DNA of 64,000 bases from an uncultured virus (IMG/VR IMGVR_UViG_3300008107_000141) (Duplodnaviria > Heunggongvirae > Uroviricota > Caudoviricetes). Both the position numbers and the translations under genes were made by a program. The notes under the pieces are model-generated. The model was not told where the DNA came from. It was given only the letters and a program-made list of their open reading frames with translations, and did no database searches. Location of the stretch: IMG/VR virus record IMGVR_UViG_3300008107_000141; one strand, 5' to 3'. Positions 22,601 through 31,632 of this stretch are shown here, one piece after another (positions within the stretch are counted from its first letter, which is position 1; the number at the start of each line of letters is the position of its first letter).

Positions 22601-22734
22601 ATAATACATATACCCTAACAGTAAATGCTAAGACAGATGCAAATCCAGACGAAATTGCACAGGCTGTAATGGCAACTATAAAGAGGGTTGACGACAGAAG
22701 AATTAGGGGGGTGGCTATAGGTGGCAGAAGGTGA
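13609..22734 (+). CDS. Tape measure protein with inserted cargo domains
   Basis: 3041 aa. TP901-type core (AMKEGGINASEGANALKS), hydrophobic segments, coiled coils and C-terminal TDTVPAMLTPGEF. Confidence 0.9.
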   Translation: MADVQSNIHVNIDTSDALASLKLLQRQISAFHTQMSKSGAAASAVAANQAQNLMNSINATGKFQATMRTVATSTEYFTNALEKNKLTSREYFRYTGAATKTFGRLFKSEFETINKVARERVKDIQTQYIKMGRGANGALQAIAVRPLTLDMKNLATQTQIAAQRQQLLNQLLKQGSTNLLNFGKNTQWAGRQLMVGFTVPLMLLGSTAAKTFMKLEEQAIRFKRVYGEMFTTQEETDAMVKQIQTLAKEYTKYGVAVEKTMEMAANAAAMGKMGAELTAQVTEATRLAVLGGVEQEQALETTISVTNAFGVAAEDLAKKIDFLNAVENQTVVSIEDLTIAIPKAGPVVQQLGGDVEDLAFFLTAMKEGGINASEGANALKSGLASLINPSEKASKMLAGLGINIKGIVEANKGDVAATVVGFSQALDTLDPLNRARAIEQLFGKFQFSRLSTLFKNVTAEGSQAARVLGLTKATTEELAILSQRELDKIENTTTYKFKKSIEDLKVTLAPVGEQFLKALTPIVEFASKILDKFNNLGEGSKKFLTILTVALGAIGPIALMTFGLLANGLANIIKLFATMKTSFNRAGSSTQILGNQTDYLTQQQLEASAVAASLDQVHQKLRQTFTSETAAVNALAAAYQRAIASQLGFTGPVGRGGKGGGIPQSRRYSTGVERVPGPMGAGDIVPALLSPGEAVIPAQAAQDPANRPVITSLINDGTAVPKTKKKRTKPDTVFAHATSPQQMQTKNISDQFGDIRTNLGARGIERALGYRGLGFDIPEEVHKKLTNNTLDVREYEAEIRKARAVETMTSQLMKPPSNLTADEASRVTNKIRKNLILSLQNLPDGTKIGDRVIYSRMGNLKTGVMGGLARDPRIAPAIEKIYSVAGIGAASASTIKYDAKKMAVEDLIKNIRTYAPNTNPSVVSAIEDLAKKAPGIMLDVKRDGDKVVAYERPEVSGKKKSKNPNDWTLTDKRNNGSLVQDKNGNWVFKTGRSGGDTGAVKIGGTAGKKLLEKARAALQGLTAEDIDGRPITTYGKQLEKGTGYSNVAARDASGVFLTEDGKKVYVKPMPDLRAALAEQRATIIAREVHGLEAPKQELRVIKDPYTGKTMFALESAYDPKFTPKELSGNFSREEYFRQLVAANLRGDDDLKKGNLGGNRLVDVGKAGVLDGASGPRGYAERMPSMLEMAEKNLSGVRGPAAGKSPFWFGNATADIAKNMTPDEYHKAMIAEIDRTLPKLKETIAKFNLGPEDQKYYQAMIDRLEEGKKVNWRLVHAKHNAILVKPDELVEDEDGKTEKPKTRRKTRGVKSGSPKDTREMNKPKKGKRIVQGPRGVRVPGFADAPESSSAIGSSIVAGAKSSIAEAKSTGQKIGLTISQSAAAASRTALYGSGPVDANQKSLRRKLEKLERDNKRLNKIAAQAPVPQPVVAANMAQDGQRMTPSGRIKSYIQRREDKRAARVAAGKGPGMGVGGAAMAASGIAMLGSMAPGKVGEISQKIMMPLMGLSMILPMLKSPVMAVIAGLTATVGAFIALRMAFNSAQEKVLQEAEKFRGSTSAIQSIAKFGGKVTASEQMDLRRKNSFSMLGPATGKTTYGEAFAQTKEGKALTENIAKQNAAGKGGQVVSDLTSQLSTAVMSGAMDINQAKSLAMNAAKEAGDMSIGLKVIAQMEKVLGPNGEDLDKNPLEVRTRMIAENQKRMQSNMSNIENAGMITKLAGQKTMQKVGIGASAAGGAAIGATLGAALGSVVPVLGNAVGAIIGGGIGAAAGAIGGYFASKKFTQQSAQLGAAYAVDAKIAMEQNKQMLDSFDLYMEKKVEELRLQGKINEANELQEKLIDKRNDLTAAQRVIQEDIVSQYNSAGGMQESMMSGMKKAAKARYKDNPNEIAYMDVVGAQAGQLRKDGAIDKGQEFLIQAKMASGDIPPSVFRQLLQMATDNKDIAPKMMNIITKFSGATSESIGVAAQNILNAKGDIDKTVQAQFITKVSAFEEDSDALDFAKNMIKLNNLNAVIPSNVLVKYYTENDAAYQQLNTMLDAIEGKKDLTATMVYEIIPQVKGTNAFNEDYFNTLTEDQQKVYTTTIASVINVPDPQIVATDDYQTWLKENTVIEGRTYGGAQYKGLSQAALIAHYKEQQGFKAVTEGASITAKAPVGGGDKSSGNKPKSSPLDDLVKRLRDVRKNQIKVTEGFDASFKSLNKLFGGKKTIDIFGGIENDMRRLGAGEDLIELIVGMDPKEYEKQKNKLFKFDEKGNIIKIKDGAKSIGDALQSVKLGEFVSEQQKMANQIGDQTAALKRLQAAGIEGSVALEAVADATFAAAIANKNLSDEQIKKITKAWNKSTKAKREYAAVEAGIQEKQELQDRVTLLKKITGAFGSLKQEELQAIMDSSALQNLLINFGIDNKDFKDLLQKAVDKAKVELKLKQVTIEGMQDIFDTGYSNAMEAFDVEETRLRLNFDESNKKLKDEIKKAEELIAVKQEQIRVQEIGLKEIEDQEAKVNEKYDERLKALDEVEKANASISQQQKGQLTLAEALTSGDIAAAARAAQEMRAQSAADAVTKQKDALEKSREYELSQLRSKDGRSRIEIEKEIKKLQDEIYDIEQKSLEPNRETLRLNELALEKAIEGITVLGKTRDAWERIKNEVDLARVSSAQFVKQMQDALDIVNALIAAYKNQTVNTDPIIPAGGYQDPGVTTCPPGFKLVNGNCVKSDTETGCPTGYSMVNGNCVKDETGAKPCPAGYSMVNGNCVKNQDGEGNKTNPCGSGYFLNQEGKCIPIKNSSTDSSTGSSSGSSSGSSGGSNNFDALNYGLNTGGSTAALHLEDLSRIADAVTVANITKNAGQTAGSHVNDLLNMKDRADAFNKEIVNANIKKMGATPYAHLDELTNTPAQKAKSAAAFSAEVKAANAKKAAEEAAKKKAAADIKKFGGNAIAASQFANWKAMGGLIQRFAMGGFARGTDTVPAMLTPGEFIMSKYAVDSYGLDTMRKINNGELSGGSVYNNTYTLTVNAKTDANPDEIAQAVMATIKRVDDRRIRGVAIGGRR
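21688..21927 (+). repeat. Four tandem Cys-rich repeats inside TMP
   Basis: CPPGFKLVNGNCV, CPTGYSMVNGNCV, CPAGYSMVNGNCV, CGSGYFLNQEGKCI; similarity also visible at DNA level. Confidence 0.85.
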
Positions 22735-23392
22735 TGTAGATCCAAGGCTGTTGTATGTAAATGGTCGTAAAAAATATAACAGACCAAGCGGTATGCTGTG
22801 GTCTGAAAATTCTGGTACCCTAGTAGAAGACCCTGCAAGCACAACAACCCCAAAGAAAAAACTATATGTCCCAATTGGTTTTGAGGTTGGTACTGATCCA
22901 GAAAGCATAGAGGATGAATCTCTTATTGACCAGTTTTTATTTTTAACTGATGACAACAGACAACCCATTGATATTAAAACAGAACGAATTGAAAAGCGGG
23001 AGCGAATGATTAATGGCCGAATGAGGTCATATCACATTGCAGACAAGATTACAATAAGCACTAGTTGGGACATGATTCCATCTAGGTCGCATGAAGATTT
23101 TCCAAATTTTAATCCAGCAACTGGGTTGTCTCCACACAAAGCATACACAACAGACGGAGGCGCAGGAGCAGCAGACATGTTAGAATGGTATGACTCGCAC
23201 AAGGGCTCATTTTGGGTATTTCTTACATATGATAGAAAAGGAATATTCAAGGGTACGCCAGAGCCGTATAAGCATCTCCAGCAATATAATCAACTAGTTG
23301 AAATGTTTATTAGTGATTTTTCATATTCGGTTGAAAAAAGAGGAACCAAGTTTGATTACTGGAATGTTTCTGTAACACTGGAAGAGGTATAA
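22721..23392 (+). CDS. Minor tail protein (distal-tail-like)
   Basis: Directly after TMP; ends WNVSVTLEEV. Confidence 0.55.
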   Translation: MAEGDVDPRLLYVNGRKKYNRPSGMLWSENSGTLVEDPASTTTPKKKLYVPIGFEVGTDPESIEDESLIDQFLFLTDDNRQPIDIKTERIEKRERMINGRMRSYHIADKITISTSWDMIPSRSHEDFPNFNPATGLSPHKAYTTDGGAGAADMLEWYDSHKGSFWVFLTYDRKGIFKGTPEPYKHLQQYNQLVEMFISDFSYSVEKRGTKFDYWNVSVTLEEV

Positions 23393-26300
23393 TGTTTGAA
23401 GACAAAGACCTGCAGACATTTCTGGAGACATCTCCAACTATTAGAAATAAGTCGGTAATTACTGCAGAATGGAATATGAATATACCAACAAATATAAAAC
23501 ATGTTGGTAATTATAGATATAGACCAACACAAACATCTACAGTTTATTCTTCTTTACCCACAAGTTTTGACATCAATGATGATGGAAATTTTTATACAGG
23601 AGCAACAGATGCAGACATTGTAGTTGATGGATCTTTTGATAATAATGATGTTCCCACTATATTTTTAACTAAAAAAGAAAAGTTGCAAACCCTATACTCA
23701 TTGGAAGATTGTTTTGGACAGTTTAGACCAAGATCTGGAATTAATAAGGCAGTATTTTTTGAGAATGGAAAACTTCATCATCCAAATCTATTTATGGCAG
23801 ATAGGCCTAGATATTACATGCCAGACAAAAATGATATATTTAAATACTGGACATCGTATAGATCTGAAGTAACATATAAGTATACCTACAACGACGCCTC
23901 TGTTTCCTATGGCTCATCTCAAATATTTTTAGATAAAGATGGTAAACAAAAACTGGGAACAATTGATACACTTTCTGAATATGGTATTGCGTCTAAGGTT
24001 CGTGGGTCTCAGTACGACATTGAAGATGCTTGTCCGTTTGTTGTTTATAAAGAAAAAATACCAGCAAATAGAATTGTTGTTAAGATGCAAACCCATACTG
24101 GAACAGAAAATCTTGGTCCTTTTTCATCTTCTACAGGGTCTTTTGCTGATCCATTTTTTGGAGAGTTAAATCAAAAAACTCCTAGCAAGTGGAAGATTCA
24201 AGTTTTAAAAGATAATAATTGGCAAGACCTTATATCTTTTGATCCATCAAAAAGAAGAAGAGATGGCTCTTCAATTATTAAAAGTGATGGCTATGTTGAA
24301 ATTGCTTATGGACTAATTGTTCCAGATGAGTGGAGAGATAACTTTGTATTTGCAGAGACATATCCAACTGAACTCTTTTTACCAAAAGAGTCGGTAATTG
24401 GATATGCATATCTTATTAAAGAAAATGAAAATGACATTGGAGAATATCATATTTGGAATGGTCAAGATTATACAATAGTTAGACCAAAATATGGGTGGTA
24501 TGTTCAAGATGAAACTGTAGATAGGCTAACCAACTTTGTTGTAGACGCAACAGATCCAAGTAAATTTTTAAGAACATTAGATGGTAAAGTTCAATATAGA
24601 GAGTTTGAATATATTTCTGGAATAAGAATTGTAGTTGATACAATGAATGTGAAAGACTCAACATTTGATTTAATAGAAATGTCACCCAGACTTGTAATGA
24701 ATATATCAGATAAGACATTAGATTATTCGATAAATAAAAGTGCATCTGACCTTGGGGTTAGCGGTTTGCCAGTCGGACAACTTGTTGCTTCAAATGGATC
24801 AATAAATATATTTGATTATGATCAAGCCTTTAATGAAAATAATTATTCTAGTATTATTCATAAATATACAGATAGACACATACAGTTTAAGTTTTATGAA
24901 GTTATAGTTGATGTGGATGGTTGGGATTATTGGGTTCCAATAAAAACACTATACTCTGACTCATTTCCAAAGTCTGATGTTGTGAACAAAAGAATTTCAA
25001 TATCCTTAAGAGATCTATATTGGTATTTAGAATCAATAACAGCGCCACAAATATTAATGACTGAAGTTTCTGTTAGTTCTGCAGTTTCCCTTTTGCTTGA
25101 CTATATTGGATTTTCTAACTATACTTTTAAAAGAGTGGCCAATGAAAAAGAAGTAATAATTCCATATTTTTTCATTCCTCCAGACAGAAGCGTTGCAGAA
25201 ATTCTTCAAGACATAGCAGTTTCTACACAAACGGCAATGTTTTTTGATGAATATAATAATTTTGTTATGATGAGCAAAAACTACATAATGCCAACCAAAG
25301 AACAGAGGCCAACAACCTTTGCACTTAAAGGAACAAATGATTTGTTTGAAGATAGAGAAATTACAAATAAAACTTTGGAAAAATCTAAACTTGCAAATAT
25401 TATTTCTGTTTCTGCTCAGTCTAACATTGTATATAATGATGGAGTAATTAACTATACTCCAAGACATATTCAAAGATCAATAGGATCTATAAAACAGGCC
25501 AACCTTTTAGATGAAGAAAGATACTATACCTATAAACCAGCACTCCTCTGGGAGGTTTCTGGAACTGAAAATACAAAGTCTTTGAATAATGAGATTGGAA
25601 CCCAATCTTCTTATCTTCTTACAGCAATTCCACTAAATGCAAACCTTTCTGCAGATGTTCCAGTTGTAAAAAATAATGTTGTTATAAATAATACTTTTAG
25701 TTTAGGCGAGGCAGTGTTTTGGATTGCCAGATATAACGGGTACTTTTATTCTCAAGGAGAAATCATAAAATACGATGCCGTTCAGCACAATGTTACTGGA
25801 TTTGGAAATGTCTGGATAACTTCTATTGAAGACTACCAATACTATTTTGCCAAACTACCTTTTAACGGGAAAATATATCCAACAGGTCTAGTAAGAATTT
25901 ACTCAGAGCCAAAGTATTTTGAGCAGGGTGGCGTAATAAAACTTCAAAATGGGCCAGTAGTAAAGCATGGTCGTGGTCAATTTGGAACAAATGTAGTAGA
26001 ACATACTGCTGGCATATCTGATTACTGGAAGTCTGATGACAATGCTAAGGGGTGCTATATGGCTTCTGAATATCTTTTTGATAACAAAACCCCAATTCCT
26101 GCAACAACAGTTTCTTCTGCAGGCAAAACAACAGACACAGGTGTTTCTGCGGATGCCATAGGAAGAACTTCTACAAGAACTGGTCTTATAAAAAACTTTT
26201 TCTCTACAACACTTACTGGAGAAATAACAACACAAACCCAACAACAGCCTGGATCAATTCAGTCTTCTGCTTTATCTTTAACTGGTCCAAACTTTACAAC

Positions 26301-27783
26301 AAAGGAAAAACCAAGAAACTTTATTTCTTATGTTCATAAATCTTTAGAAAATAAAAAATATAAACATTTTGGAACAAGAATGAGAATTGTTGGTAAGATA
26401 GAAAATAATCAAGACAGAGGACAAACCTCCAATGGATCTTCAACATATTTTGTAGTGAATGGAACTACGCCAGATAAAAATATTAATATTTCTGGAGGAT
26501 CTGCAGGTATAGCAATAATGCTTAATCCTGCTACAAATGTTGGATACTATTTTGAGATAGCAGCGTTAGGATTGGGTAAACTATCAGACACAGAAAAGCA
26601 GGGCGTTAGCAATGTATTTTTTTATAAAATAAAGTCTAACAATGGATCCGCAGTTCCAGTTAAACTTTGGGATGGTTTGGGACAAATCACAGTTGATGAC
26701 GGAAAATTTACTGGGCAGTCAAGAAGTTTTGCTGAGGAAAATCCGACGGTATATGATTTAGCAGTAGAATACGAAGACATAGGAACAACAAGAAGGTTCT
26801 ACTTATATTTAAATGGCGTTATGATAAAGACTGTAGATGATACAGATCCGCTTCCAGCATACTCAAATATTGCACTATTTACAAGAGGATCTTCAAGAGC
26901 AATGTTTGAAAATGTATACGCTCTATGCAATAACTATTCTCAAAACACATCTTTCCGTTTGGGTGCTCCAGTCAACTCTGTTTTTGGAGACTCAGAGTTA
27001 GATGTCAATGAGTCGTTTAGAAAATACTCTATAAGCGGATTGATACAAAATACTTATTTAACTGGTATTAGTTCTTCTGAGCCACCAAAATATGATATCT
27101 ACTTTGAAGAGTTTGGAAGTATTATGAGAGAATTAGCAGCATTTAACTTTAAATACGATAAAGCATATCCAGCACTTAGTGCAAAAATTTCTCCAACATT
27201 TAATAAAATGAAAGGTTATGCAGTATCTGGTTTTAGAGCAGGATCCTACGGAGCAGAGTTTTTAATTTTTAATACAACCGATGCACCTTTGTCATTAGAT
27301 GAAACTAGCGGAAACTATTTGAGAATTCAGGGAATTACATTTACTCAGCAGTCTGATAACAATCTTACAGTTGATGAATATTTTAACAAGAACAGTCTTG
27401 TTTCTAATCCACAGTTTGTTGCAGATAAACTTATATCAAATCCATATAAATTCAAACAAGACTATCAAGATATTAAACTTAGCAGAATGACCTACGGTAA
27501 AAAAGATTTTGCTATAGATACAACATATATACAGTCTCAAGATGAAGCAAACAGTTTAATGGAATGGCTAATTGAAAAAATAGCAAAGCCTAGAAGATCT
27601 ATTGGGGCTCAAATATTTGCAATTCCAACAATACAACTAGGAGACATCGTTAGCGTAGACTACAAAGAGAACGATATAAGCATGGCGTCAAATCCAAATA
27701 ATAGATTTGTTGTATACAATATTGAATTCTCAAGAAGTTCTGACGGTCCTTCAATGACTTTATTTTTAAGTGAGGTGGTTTAA
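23392..27783 (+). CDS. Large minor tail / tail tip protein
   Basis: 1463 aa; AMFFDEYNNFV and PTIQLGDIVSV motifs typical of hub/tip proteins. Confidence 0.65.
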   Translation: MFEDKDLQTFLETSPTIRNKSVITAEWNMNIPTNIKHVGNYRYRPTQTSTVYSSLPTSFDINDDGNFYTGATDADIVVDGSFDNNDVPTIFLTKKEKLQTLYSLEDCFGQFRPRSGINKAVFFENGKLHHPNLFMADRPRYYMPDKNDIFKYWTSYRSEVTYKYTYNDASVSYGSSQIFLDKDGKQKLGTIDTLSEYGIASKVRGSQYDIEDACPFVVYKEKIPANRIVVKMQTHTGTENLGPFSSSTGSFADPFFGELNQKTPSKWKIQVLKDNNWQDLISFDPSKRRRDGSSIIKSDGYVEIAYGLIVPDEWRDNFVFAETYPTELFLPKESVIGYAYLIKENENDIGEYHIWNGQDYTIVRPKYGWYVQDETVDRLTNFVVDATDPSKFLRTLDGKVQYREFEYISGIRIVVDTMNVKDSTFDLIEMSPRLVMNISDKTLDYSINKSASDLGVSGLPVGQLVASNGSINIFDYDQAFNENNYSSIIHKYTDRHIQFKFYEVIVDVDGWDYWVPIKTLYSDSFPKSDVVNKRISISLRDLYWYLESITAPQILMTEVSVSSAVSLLLDYIGFSNYTFKRVANEKEVIIPYFFIPPDRSVAEILQDIAVSTQTAMFFDEYNNFVMMSKNYIMPTKEQRPTTFALKGTNDLFEDREITNKTLEKSKLANIISVSAQSNIVYNDGVINYTPRHIQRSIGSIKQANLLDEERYYTYKPALLWEVSGTENTKSLNNEIGTQSSYLLTAIPLNANLSADVPVVKNNVVINNTFSLGEAVFWIARYNGYFYSQGEIIKYDAVQHNVTGFGNVWITSIEDYQYYFAKLPFNGKIYPTGLVRIYSEPKYFEQGGVIKLQNGPVVKHGRGQFGTNVVEHTAGISDYWKSDDNAKGCYMASEYLFDNKTPIPATTVSSAGKTTDTGVSADAIGRTSTRTGLIKNFFSTTLTGEITTQTQQQPGSIQSSALSLTGPNFTTKEKPRNFISYVHKSLENKKYKHFGTRMRIVGKIENNQDRGQTSNGSSTYFVVNGTTPDKNINISGGSAGIAIMLNPATNVGYYFEIAALGLGKLSDTEKQGVSNVFFYKIKSNNGSAVPVKLWDGLGQITVDDGKFTGQSRSFAEENPTVYDLAVEYEDIGTTRRFYLYLNGVMIKTVDDTDPLPAYSNIALFTRGSSRAMFENVYALCNNYSQNTSFRLGAPVNSVFGDSELDVNESFRKYSISGLIQNTYLTGISSSEPPKYDIYFEEFGSIMRELAAFNFKYDKAYPALSAKISPTFNKMKGYAVSGFRAGSYGAEFLIFNTTDAPLSLDETSGNYLRIQGITFTQQSDNNLTVDEYFNKNSLVSNPQFVADKLISNPYKFKQDYQDIKLSRMTYGKKDFAIDTTYIQSQDEANSLMEWLIEKIAKPRRSIGAQIFAIPTIQLGDIVSVDYKENDISMASNPNNRFVVYNIEFSRSSDGPSMTLFLSEVV

Positions 27784-28370
27784 TGTCAAGCCCAATTAGT
27801 TCTGTAGACCCAATTTATCTTTCTGCTGTAGCAGCAATACCAGAGCCATCCCCAAAAAATAATGATGACGGTGTTAAGATTGCAACGCCAGATTTAATAT
27901 TATCAAATGACGAAACAATGTCAATAGAGATAATGACTGACTTAATTTTTGAAGATATTGGTGGATACGAACTTGCAACAATTTCTAGACATGACCTAAT
28001 AAATGGTCAAAAGGTTATATATGCACCAATTAAAAATTTAACAGATTTGTATTTACAGTACAACCCAAATAATGTTTTAAGGCTTCAGTCTGCAGACTCT
28101 TATTTTAAGTCACTGTCACTTTCTATCCTTGATCGTCTTCCAGTATGCGGTACTGGATATGATATTGCACCACCAGTAAGTAATCCAAATGAGCCAGATA
28201 AGACCAAATGGACAAAAACACCAAACTGTAAGTCTATATACGTAGATCCAATCACTGGAGACCTTGTAATTAATCTTATAAACATGAAAGAAAATGAGCA
28301 GGTGGAAGTAGAGATATTGACCGCTGGGAACATTTTTGATGATACAATATACTATGGGAGCAGCCAATGA
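27783..28370 (+). CDS. Minor tail protein
   Basis: Coupled within the tail operon. Confidence 0.45.
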   Translation: MSSPISSVDPIYLSAVAAIPEPSPKNNDDGVKIATPDLILSNDETMSIEIMTDLIFEDIGGYELATISRHDLINGQKVIYAPIKNLTDLYLQYNPNNVLRLQSADSYFKSLSLSILDRLPVCGTGYDIAPPVSNPNEPDKTKWTKTPNCKSIYVDPITGDLVINLINMKENEQVEVEILTAGNIFDDTIYYGSSQ

Positions 28371-29530
28371 TAACTAATATAGGAAAAAATCTTTTAGCAA
28401 AGTACCTTGTTGGGCAGACGCCATCGTATGCGTCCCACATTGCCGTAGGCTGTGGAGCCAAGCCAGTTGTTTCTGACTATACATTTTCCCCTCAAGAGTT
28501 AACAACATTAAAAAATAAAGAGTCTTTAGATTTTGAAATGTTCCGTGCTCCTATTATTTCTAGGGGATTCGTAAATGAAAATGGTTTGTCAAAAGTAGTA
28601 CTGACAGCAGAACTACCTACGGAAGAAAGATATGAGATTACTGAAGTTGGTATTTTTTCTGCAGGCTCAAATCCAGTGGCTGGATCATTTGATAGCAGGG
28701 TAGTTTATTCTTTTGCAGATACGGATAATTGGCGGTATAGTGTTGATGGAGCCTCTCCAATAGACATTCCTGTAGAATATAGTCCATTAGACGGCGATAG
28801 CAATAATGGAACGATAAACCAAACATCAAAGATTTTTTCTACAAATGCAGACAATAGAGTTTTTACCCAAGCAGATAGAGTTAATAGAAACGAAAGATGT
28901 AGATTTTTAAATAATATAATCGCAATCAGAGGAGACTCTTCTTCTCTTCAATACAACATTGAAGGTGGGATGATTAAGTCAAATGATTCAGACTATATAG
29001 TGTTAGATAATCCATCGTCAGATTTTAGCAAGAACAGCCCCTTGGACGAACTAAGACTTTCTTTTTCTGTTGTAAGCAAGGTGGCAAACTCCCTAACTGT
29101 TCCAGATAATGTAAAAATATTGGTAGAGTTTTCTCATACTGGGCCAGCAGCAACGATACAATATGCAAAGTTTGTAGTTGACATTGATGATATTAATTAT
29201 GCACAAGGTATATCAGAAGATAAGCACAACTTTGCAAACAACAGATATATTGTAGCAAAAAGAACATTTCAAGAGTTAGACAAAAGTTTGAGATTTAACT
29301 GGCCAGATGTATCCTCTGTAAAAATTTATGCTTGTGTTACTAAAAATAATCTTCCATCGGATTCTTTTTATGTATGCCTAGACGGACTAAGGCTTGAAAA
29401 CACTACATCAACAAACTCTTTGTACGGTCTAACTGGCTACTCTATAATTAAAAATGTTCAGGCAAGACCAATTATAAAATCAGCCAACACAACCAATTAT
29501 ATAGAGTTTAGATTTGTATTGGATGTTTAA
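28367..29530 (+). CDS. Minor tail protein
   Basis: MITNIGK...HIAVGCG...ITEVGIF resembles tail-collar/baseplate-type proteins. Confidence 0.55.
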   Translation: MITNIGKNLLAKYLVGQTPSYASHIAVGCGAKPVVSDYTFSPQELTTLKNKESLDFEMFRAPIISRGFVNENGLSKVVLTAELPTEERYEITEVGIFSAGSNPVAGSFDSRVVYSFADTDNWRYSVDGASPIDIPVEYSPLDGDSNNGTINQTSKIFSTNADNRVFTQADRVNRNERCRFLNNIIAIRGDSSSLQYNIEGGMIKSNDSDYIVLDNPSSDFSKNSPLDELRLSFSVVSKVANSLTVPDNVKILVEFSHTGPAATIQYAKFVVDIDDINYAQGISEDKHNFANNRYIVAKRTFQELDKSLRFNWPDVSSVKIYACVTKNNLPSDSFYVCLDGLRLENTTSTNSLYGLTGYSIIKNVQARPIIKSANTTNYIEFRFVLDV

Positions 29531-29532
29531 CC

Positions 29533-29970
29533 ATGAGTAAAACTCCAGATAAAGGAATAAAAAATGTTATTATTAAAAAAGATTCTTTGGGAAAGGTTAC
29601 TGAAAACAATTCTGTTGTTTTAAGATTTAGAATAATATCAGATGATAAAAATAGAAAGTCTGCATATTCTCAAATATTTGTTGCTGAATCTGGAGAAGTT
29701 CTTCTTGGTGTTGGAGATATAAATATTGTTGGAAACACAATAATGGTTAACTGGTCTGCTGGAGAAATATCAACTCAAATACTCTATGATGTTTTTATAG
29801 GCTTTGACTCTTCTGTTCCAACATTTAGGGCCTCTACAGGATCTTCAAATTATTCGTTTATTAAAACTGGAACCACATCTGTGCGTGTTGTTGTTCAGGC
29901 ATCATCCGTTAACCCATCTTTAAATCCTGATTTAAAAATATATGATTCTGGAATAGTCAGTCTGGTATAA
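29533..29970 (+). CDS. Putative minor tail protein
   Basis: Beta-rich ORF at the end of the tail operon. Confidence 0.4.
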   Translation: MSKTPDKGIKNVIIKKDSLGKVTENNSVVLRFRIISDDKNRKSAYSQIFVAESGEVLLGVGDINIVGNTIMVNWSAGEISTQILYDVFIGFDSSVPTFRASTGSSNYSFIKTGTTSVRVVVQASSVNPSLNPDLKIYDSGIVSLV

Positions 29971-29977
29971 TTATATT

Positions 29978-30421
29978 ATGGCAATATTACCTTTACCCGA
30001 ACGGGGGCAGCCTTTAGATGTAACATATCTTTATCAGATAGTTAAGGCACTCAATGATCTTTCCAGTCAAGCGTCTACATCAATATATAAGTATGTTACG
30101 GTAGACACCCCAAACTCTGGCAAGCAGAGCGTAAAAACGTCTGAGGCAAGAATTATAGGAGGCTACGTTCAAGTAACTTCTGGCTCATCTCAAACAGCAG
30201 GATCTACCCAATCATTTTCATATAGTTTGCCAAGCGAGTTTAAGTTTCCTCCAGTTGTTACTGCAACTCCAATTAATATTGGAAATACAGATGCTGGAAA
30301 AGATGTTACGGTTACCCTATTAAGTATTTCAACATCGAAGATTGAAGGAGTTGTAAAGTTTAATGTTGGCGGAGACACTACTGTCGGTGTTAACTTATTG
30401 ATAGTGGGAATTCCTAATTAA
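29978..30421 (+). CDS. Putative tail fibre/tip accessory protein (H-type lectin-like C-terminus)
   Basis: F..PPVVTAT motif; leaderless promoter TGGTATAAT at 29963-29971. Confidence 0.45.
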   Translation: MAILPLPERGQPLDVTYLYQIVKALNDLSSQASTSIYKYVTVDTPNSGKQSVKTSEARIIGGYVQVTSGSSQTAGSTQSFSYSLPSEFKFPPVVTATPINIGNTDAGKDVTVTLLSISTSKIEGVVKFNVGGDTTVGVNLLIVGIPN

Positions 30422-30612
30422 TGATTTATTGTAAAAGATGTAAAGGAAGAATGTTTGTCGATAGGCAATATTCACAAATAAATAACTTAGAACTATATTG
30501 TATGTCTTGCGGATCGAGAACATTTTTTCATCCGCCTAGTAATTCACAGGAGGGCATGTGGCTGTTAAAAAGGGAACAATTGAGAGCGAAGGTTACAATG
30601 TCCTCCCTGTAA
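30421..30612 (+). CDS. Small zinc-ribbon protein
   Basis: CKRC...CMSC. Confidence 0.65.
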   Translation: MIYCKRCKGRMFVDRQYSQINNLELYCMSCGSRTFFHPPSNSQEGMWLLKREQLRAKVTMSSL

Positions 30613-31100
30613 TTTCAGGGAACAAAAAAGTTTGGTTTTTAAACGGGGACCTTGTTAGAATACATCATTTAAATAAGTCTAATGGGATAATGTCTGTTTA
30701 TAATATAAATAAAGATAGAATTGAAAGTTGTTTAATTAGTGATTTTAAAAAAAATAGAGAGCGAGCATACACAGTTGGAGAGACTGCTAATTTAGTTAAT
30801 CGTCATAAAAAATATATGCCATCTCTTATGCGTAGAGGAGTTATTCCATTTCCAAGGGGATCTCAAAAAGGCGGAGAACGAGGTTTTAGGGTTAGATCAT
30901 ATTATTCAGAATCGCAAGTAAAAGAGATTCGTGATATACTGGCTACATACCATATTGGTAGACCAAGAAAAGATGGATTAATTACAAATGATATTACGCC
31001 CAGCAAACAAGAGTTGACAAGAAGAATGGGCGATGGTATACTTACATATACGAAAACAGAAGATGGACGATTCATTCCTGTATGGAGTGAGTCTATTTAG
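30558..31100 (+). CDS. Putative DNA-binding (MerR-like HTH) protein
   Basis: AYTVGETANLVNRH...YYSESQV pattern. Confidence 0.5.
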   Translation: MAVKKGTIESEGYNVLPVISGNKKVWFLNGDLVRIHHLNKSNGIMSVYNINKDRIESCLISDFKKNRERAYTVGETANLVNRHKKYMPSLMRRGVIPFPRGSQKGGERGFRVRSYYSESQVKEIRDILATYHIGRPRKDGLITNDITPSKQELTRRMGDGILTYTKTEDGRFIPVWSESI

Positions 31101-31114
31101 CGAAGGGTATAAGA

Positions 31115-31324
31115 ATGGAAAATGAACCAACTAAGGTGTCCGTAACTCTAGGATACACTTTAAATCTAGGCAACTTTCAATCACTAAGGCTAGACCTTGG
31201 CGTAACTGACTCAAAGCGAGATGGCGAAAATACAGATCAGGCTTTTGAGCGTGTTTATAAGTTTGTTGAAGATAAACTTACAGCAAAAATTCTAGAAGCA
31301 CAGACTGAAGCAGAAGCAAAGTAA
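31115..31324 (+). CDS. Conserved phage hypothetical protein
   Basis: TLNLGNFQSLRLD; upstream TTGACA-N17-TATACT promoter inside the previous gene. Confidence 0.65.
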   Translation: MENEPTKVSVTLGYTLNLGNFQSLRLDLGVTDSKRDGENTDQAFERVYKFVEDKLTAKILEAQTEAEAK

Positions 31325-31632
31325 TGGCTGAACGCAAAGACCGTATGGCTTTGCTTAGTCGTTATGGTAAGTTGCACACACAGCGATATGAGCAGAAGCC
31401 GTCTCTTAATCTTAATGTAGAGCAGTGGGCTGCTGATGCACTTATTGAGTCTTACGGAATGATCGGTTGTTATGATTTACTCAATTATTATTTCAGCATC
31501 GCTCATTCCCCTTCTTGGAATTACTTTGCATACAACGCAGAAAAAATACTTCAAATAAAATTAGACAAAGAGCGGGACGATGCAGAAAGAGCAGAGCGTA
31601 GAATAATGGCAAAGGAGTGGTTAAGTGAATAG
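31324..31632 (+). CDS. Hypothetical protein (upstream of helicase)
   Basis: Translationally coupled ORF. Confidence 0.6.
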   Translation: MAERKDRMALLSRYGKLHTQRYEQKPSLNLNVEQWAADALIESYGMIGCYDLLNYYFSIAHSPSWNYFAYNAEKILQIKLDKERDDAERAERRIMAKEWLSE